A stretch of DNA of 44,368 nt from Basidiobolus meristosporus CBS 931.73 (lineage: Eukaryota > Fungi > Basidiobolomycota): assembly GCA_002104905.1 (NCBI GenBank), contig MCFE01000697.1, positions 1-44,368 on the forward strand, given 5' to 3'. The position numbers were made by a program, and so were the translations under genes. Position 1 is the first letter of the stretch. Every line of letters starts with the position of its first letter. Positions 39,630 through 44,368 of this stretch are shown here, piece by piece. The notes under the pieces are model-generated. The model saw only the letters and a list, made by a program, of their open reading frames with translations, was not told where the DNA came from and did no database searches.

Positions 39630-42600
39630 TTAGGGGGAGACAGTCACCAACAGGTGAAATCTTTATTTCAGTTGAAACAAAGAAGCCAGCGCTACTGTTG
39701 TAGCTTTGATACAAGAGTGTGTAGCTGAGGGGAATTTGTAGGTAAGTTAATAAGAAGTGATGATAGTTCTTCAGTGCTCAAGACACTATTCAGTGGGAAG
39801 GGGGGTAGCAAGAGAGGTAAGAATGACTTGTGAACAACATTAATGAGGGGAATGTGATAAGGATTGATATTCATCATAAAGGGAGTGTGCTGCTGCAGAT
39901 ATTGCTGCCAAAGGTCTGTCAAGTACTTCAGGTTGGCCAGCTTGGGTTTTTCTGACTGCAGAATATAATGAGCAAGCCTCTTGACTTCAGGATCTCCAAG
40001 TATAGTTTTCCAGCAGGAGTCAGGTGTAGTGTAGTGTGTTCTCTTCCAGGCCTTAATCAGTGGGTTGTTGCAGTGGTGAAGTCTGAGATATAATCTGGTT
40101 CTAAGGTAGAGAAGTCTGATCTTATAGGGCATAAACCTAAAAGCACCAAGCATAGCATGTCTGTAGGGGCATTCAGGCAAATGAGGCACCAAGGAGGTAA
40201 TGCACCTGACTGCAGACTTGTCAAGCTTGGTGCAGTCTCTAGAAGTAAGAGAGAGAAGTGGTAAGCCAAATTCCAGGACAGGGAAGACAAACTGCCTGAG
40301 TAGAAGGAGGCAGCTGGGAGCTGAAGTTGTAGGAGGAGTAACAGCCAGTAGCTTGTGGAGTGCCTGTCTTGCCTGGATAATTCTCTTCTTCAGGTGTGCT
40401 CCAGAGTCTAGTCCAGTAGGAAGGAAAGGAAAGCCAAGATATGTAGCAGCAATCTGAGCAGGTAGAGTGGAGTTCTCCAAGTTGATGGGAGAGCCCAAAG
40501 GTACTGTCTTTGCAATGGAAAGCTGGAGATTATTCTTCTGCAGGTACTGGTGGATGGTCTGGGAGTCTTGTTGCACATTGGAGGAGGATATTCTGATGTC
40601 ATTGGCAAAGAGAGTAACCAGGCAGTCAGCTGAGAGTCTTGGGAAATCATTCAGGAAGATGGCAAACAGTATAGGACCAAGCGCAGAGCCTTGAACCACT
40701 CCATTAGGAACTGAGAACACAGCTGATTGCCCACTTGGGTGAGGAATTCTTGCTTATGGATCCAGAAACAGAGACCTGACAAGGAGGGTGAGAGAGGTAC
40801 TGGAGAAGCATTGCAACTTGGACCAAAGCAGATTTCTGTCAACTGAATCAAAGGCCTTAGTAATATCAAACAGAACAGAGGGATACTTGCACTGGAGAGA
40901 GTGATCTTGGCTAAGTATGACTGCATATTCCAAGGAGAGGCCAGGAACAAAGCCAAACTGTGCAGGGTGAAACTTGAGGGAGTCAGAGTAGAGCTCCTCA
41001 GCAAGCAGAAGCTCAAACACCTTTCTGCAGGTGGGCAGTAGAGATATTAGCCTGTAGGAGCTAGGATCCAGGTGCTTTCCTTTACCCTTGTACAGTGGCA
41101 GAACATTTGCAAAGGACCATTCCTCAGGAGTAGAAAGCTGGGCTGTGCATTGTTGAAACAGTGGAAGCAGAAGTGCAGACATGGCCTTGGTACTAGTCTT
41201 CAGAAGCTCATAGGAGATTGTGTCCCCACCTGGGGCAGTAGAGTTGGGAAGCTTCATGAGCACATTATGGATTCTCCCTTGATCAAGTGCAAGTGGGATG
41301 GGCAGAGTCTTAAAGTCAGGATGAAAGCCAGGAGTTGAGTACTGCTTTGTAGAGAAGAAGATGTTAGCCAGCTGTTCTGTTGAAGGTAACTTCCTGGAAG
41401 AGGGCCTTATTGCCCTGTAGAGTCTTGATACTGTTCTTGTTATAGAGTTGGAAGATTGCAGAGGCAAAGAACTCATAATATGATCCCAGAGCTGAGTATG
41501 CAGAGTGTGGTGAATTGCCTTGGAGTGGTGTATGGCTGTCAGGAGGAGTTTCTCTGTTTTTGGGTTAGGGAAACTCAGATAGCTTTGCTGCAGGGCTGAA
41601 ACAATGGATTCCCATTTGCTTGAGGTAACAGCAGTAGTCTTGCATGGCAGTGAGAGGGAGGCAGACACCAGAATCAGATGCTTCACAAAGAGCCTGGCAT
41701 AGTTGAGATCATCTGGCAGAGAAAGTAGCAAACTGGCAAGCTTCAAGTAGTTCCCAAAGTCTTTCTTCTGATTCTTGGTAGCTTTGTGGGTGAGCACAGT
41801 AAGTTTTGGCAGCTTCTTCTTCACAACTGGTTGCATAAAAAGGGACCAGGCTGGGTGGTCAGAGGATCTCAAGGATCCTAGCTCAGCTCCAGAGAATTGC
41901 TTGACTTGATTCACAAAGTAGAGGGCAGCAGCAGAAGGGCAGATCCAGTCAACACATCTTCTCCCAGATTGAGCACCTAGTGCTAGCAGATGGCTTTCTC
42001 TCAGGAAGTTCAGTAGGAATGTAGACCTTGGCTTCATTCTTGCAGTCACAGTAGTCTTGTTCTCAGGATGGGGAATGTTGAGATCTCCAAGCAAGATAAC
42101 AGGTGTTGATATAGATTGCTGGTATTGCTGAACTTTCTGGCATATAACTTGCACTTCCTGAAGGGGGAGACTTGGAGGCAGATAGCAGAGCACCAGACTG
42201 ATAGTTGGCAACTGGAGAGCAGCACAGTAAGGGGAGTAAATAGGTACACAGAGCTGAGGAGTATTGATGGTAGAAGAGATGAAGCTGATAGAGGAGGTAT
42301 TCTTTGTTCTAGGAGTAGAAAAGCAATATTGATTAGTCAAAAGTATAGAGGGTAGCTGGACATCAATCAAACACAGGAGGGAAAATCTTGAAAGAAGTCT
42401 CTCTAGAGTTGGTCTTGATGGCTGTAAGCTGTTGCAGTTAAGCAACAGAACTTCAGGTAGTCAGGCAGAGGTTGTAGCTTCTTCAGAGGCAGCATTGACA
42501 ATGTGACCTGCAGAGTCCCAGAGCTCTTCAAATGGTGCATTACTTAAGTCAGCAAGGTGGGAAATGGCATGATTCTTGAGGAAGTATGCCACATCCTAGG

Positions 42601-42751
42601 AGGGGGCTTGTCTCTTGATGGCAGCAAAGACAGACAGAATGGCAACATGAGCTGGAGGCTTGTTGAACAGTAGAGAGTCAGAGGATTCAGATACTTCAGG
42701 CACTATCTTGAAGTCAGTTTTCAGCCAGTTAAGGTTCTTCTCCACAAAGGC
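39630..42751 (-). mobile_element. Non-LTR retrotransposon (LINE A): APE endonuclease + RT in one frame, 5'-truncated, inactivated
   Basis: ORFs 40754-42445 and 39692-40720 are the same frame, broken by TAA 40754-56; further in-frame TGA 42461-63 and TAG 42596-98; frame otherwise open to the 42751 junction. APE motifs LNCNSL, LLGDLN, VDW, SDH; RT motifs PGGDTI, SYRLISLLPTCRKVFE, QFGF, FDITKAFDSV, GVVQGSALGPILF, LFAND (from FADD), YLG. Confidence 0.93.
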
Positions 42752-42823
42752 TTAGGGTTAGGGGGAGGAAAGTCACCAAGTGGTGAAATCTTTATTTACT
42801 TTTGACAAGTATCCAAACAAGCC
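42752..42823 (-). mobile_element. 72-bp 3'-terminal fragment of element B
   Basis: TTAGGGTTAGGGGG-AGGAAAGTCACCAAGTGGTGAAATCTTTATTTACT.TGACAAGTATC; nearly identical to the start of 42824-43083. Confidence 0.85.
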
Positions 42824-43083
42824 TTAGGGGGGAGGAAAGTCACCAAGTGGTGAAATCTTTATTTACTTATGACAAGTATCTTAAGAAGCCAAGTTAATCT
42901 GAAGTAGTTCCTAGAAAGCTAGGTTGGAGAGATATCTTCCTGGTAAGCCAAGTCTGAGAGTTAAGAGGCTGAGTGGTACTATATTTCCTAGTTAGCTAGG
43001 TCTGAGAGAGGTTTCCTGGAAAGCCAGGCCTGAGAAGTGAGAATCTGAATATATCTGAGCTAAGTTATACTGGTTTGCGGTAG
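42824..43083 (-). mobile_element. Non-coding retro-element B, copy 2
   Basis: Begins TTAGGGGGG-AGGAAAGTCACCAAGTGGTGAAATC; four internal 24-nt repeats; no ORF. Distal boundary defined only by the end of alignment with copy 1. Confidence 0.75.
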
Positions 43084-43549
43084 CTGAATTGTGGCTGGAA
43101 TGGCCAGTAGACTGGGGGAACGGAGAGGAATTTTGATGCAATCACTGGCCAAATTTACTAGGCAAATCTGGCCAATTTGCATTTCAAGGATTTCAGCCAA
43201 TTAGAGCCTTTACTTTGCCTAATGGTTGATCAAGCCATCTCCCAATGAGCACACATCAATTTATTAATCAAATTTTGCTGGATCCAGGATTTGAACCCAC
43301 AACCATTAAGGGTGTAGGTGTTATAGTTGTTGTAAAAATTTGTAATTCCACCTAAATATTCACCTAACTTAGTCACTTAGATCATCACCTTCAAATCCTA
43401 GAGAATACTGACCAAATTCCTTGTCGGGATTTACTTAGAATATTTTCACCAAAATACCAGGTACCCAGAACATGAAAATTCTCAAAGTTGTCCAAACAGC
43501 CCCAAACTTTGCACACATGTTCTTGGGACCTTCCTTAACCTATTCTATG

Positions 43550-43676
43550 TGTTTGTAATGCCACGACCAGGTAAAAGTATAAATACTACTTTTACATTCA
43601 ATAAATCATTAAGTGAAAACCACATAATCTACTTGTTCTCCCAATCACTTCCAATATCACCAAGACTCTTAAAACA
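43550..43676 (+). mobile_element. Putative 5' LTR of a Ty1/copia element (3' edge firm, 5' edge uncertain)
   Basis: Ends ...TTAAAACA immediately before the PBS; contains TATAAATA (43578) and AATAAA (43600); TGTTT at 43550 is the best inverted match to the AAACA end. Confidence 0.45.
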
Positions 43677-43688
43677 GGTTATGAGCCC
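43677..43688 (+). other. Primer-binding site GGTTATGAGCCC (half-tRNAiMet type, as in copia/Ty5)
   Basis: Exact complement of the GGGCUCAUAACC anticodon-arm segment of yeast initiator tRNA-Met; lies between an LTR-like CA end and gag. Confidence 0.8.
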
Positions 43689-43707
43689 CAAGCTGTCACT
43701 CTCTGCA

Positions 43708-44184
43708 ATGTCTACTACTGCTATTACTGGAATTTTTCCCTCTGCTGAAAAGTTGGATGGATCTAACTACCAAGTGTGGAAGATGAAGATGAAGATGCTG
43801 CTACAAGAAAGAGGCCTTTGGGATATTGTCATGGGAGAAGAATGCCCTCCTAAAAATGTGGGAGAGGAAGCCTTAAAGTACCAGAAGAAAGAACAAAGTG
43901 CCTTTAACTGCATTTGCCTTAATGTCAAGGACAAATTGCTAATTCAATGCTCAAGAGCAAAAACGGCAAAGAATGCCTGGAAAGCATTAGAAGACACCTA
44001 CCAGTCATGTTCAGCTGCCAAGAAGATATATCTGAGACAAAAATTCTTTACTACAAGGATGCTGCCAGGAGAAGAAATGAAAAATCCAATTAACAGAATT
44101 ACCCTGCTGGTAGATGAGATGGAATCTGTGGGGGTACCAGCTGTGAGTACTCAATGTAGTACCCACTCTTTGCCCAAGAGTTCT
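43708..44184 (+). pseudogene. Ty1/copia gag N-terminal part, truncated by telomere
   Basis: EKLDGSNYQVWKMKMKMLLQERGLWDIVMGEE...AKTAKNAWKALEDTY...KIYLRQKFFTTRM..GEEM...LVDEMESVG...SLPKS. The ORF track misses it because the frame runs stop-free into the telomere. Confidence 0.88.
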
Positions 44185-44220
44185 CCCAAGAGTTCCCTCC
44201 AGAGTCCTACCCAAAGTCCT
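44173..44220 (+). repeat. Degenerate 12-bp tandem repeat at the gag/telomere junction
   Basis: CCCAAGAGTTCT CCCAAGAGTTCC CTCCAGAGTCCT A CCCAAAGTCCT. Confidence 0.7.
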
Positions 44221-44236
44221 CCAGTACCCTCCCTAT

Positions 44237-44368
44237 TTAGGGTTAGGCTTAGGGTTAGGGTTAGGGTTAGGGTTAGGGTTAGGGTTAGGGTTAGGGTTAG
44301 GGTTAGGGTTAGGGTTAGGGTTAGGGTTAGGGTTAGGGTTAGGGTTAGGGTTAGGGTTAGGGTTAGGT
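44237..44368 (+). repeat. Telomere (TTAGGG)n, ~22 units
   Basis: G-rich strand runs 5'->3' to the window end; second unit is TTAGGC and the last is TTAGGT. Confidence 0.98.

Noticed and set aside
40720-40756. Programmed frameshift or separate ORF1/ORF2 in the LINE
   Set aside because: Both ORFs are in the same frame and the RT sequence reads through (DP*ARIPHPSGQSAVF); it is a nonsense mutation in a dead copy.
41565-41570. TTAGGG inside LINE A
   Set aside because: Single hexamer within the open frame (FPNP) with no junction or G-run; coincidental.
43287-43298. tRNA T-loop/B-box-like GGGTTCAAATCC on the minus strand
   Set aside because: No A-box, D-arm or acceptor stem can be folded; at most a decayed fragment.

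Overview
Right-hand end of a chromosome from an intron-rich eukaryote. Short GT-AG introns, fungal-type housekeeping genes and a TTAGGG telomere suggest an early-diverging fungus (Zoopagomycota/Mucoromycota-like); this is inference and the species cannot be fixed from sequence alone. 0.1-37.8 kb is gene-dense: a bacterial-type dicarboxylate/glutamate symporter, DED1-type helicase, a 4-kb island of six small intronless secreted/surface proteins (four form a Cys-free Gly/Val alternating beta-strand family with dibasic Kex2-type sites), two RPS25 copies encoding identical proteins, a HAPSTR1-like gene, a PPR protein, ATG18, tubulin cofactor D, SF1/BBP, aspartokinase, CYK3, a CBS-domain protein and a chitin-enzyme trio (GH16 Crh, AA11 LPMO-CBM5/12, GH18). 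The last ~5.3 kb is an almost CpG-free subtelomere. It holds a head-to-tail array of non-LTR retroelement 3' ends, each starting at a TTAG(GG)/G-run junction on the telomeric strand: one long APE-RT LINE plus short fragments and a non-coding partner element with the same 3' stem-loop tail. Distal to it lie a Ty1/copia 5' LTR-PBS-gag cut off by de novo telomere addition and ~22 telomere repeats. Best candidates for undescribed biology are the telomere-primed LINE/partner system and the secreted Gly/Val beta-strand protein family. All alignments and counts were done by eye.
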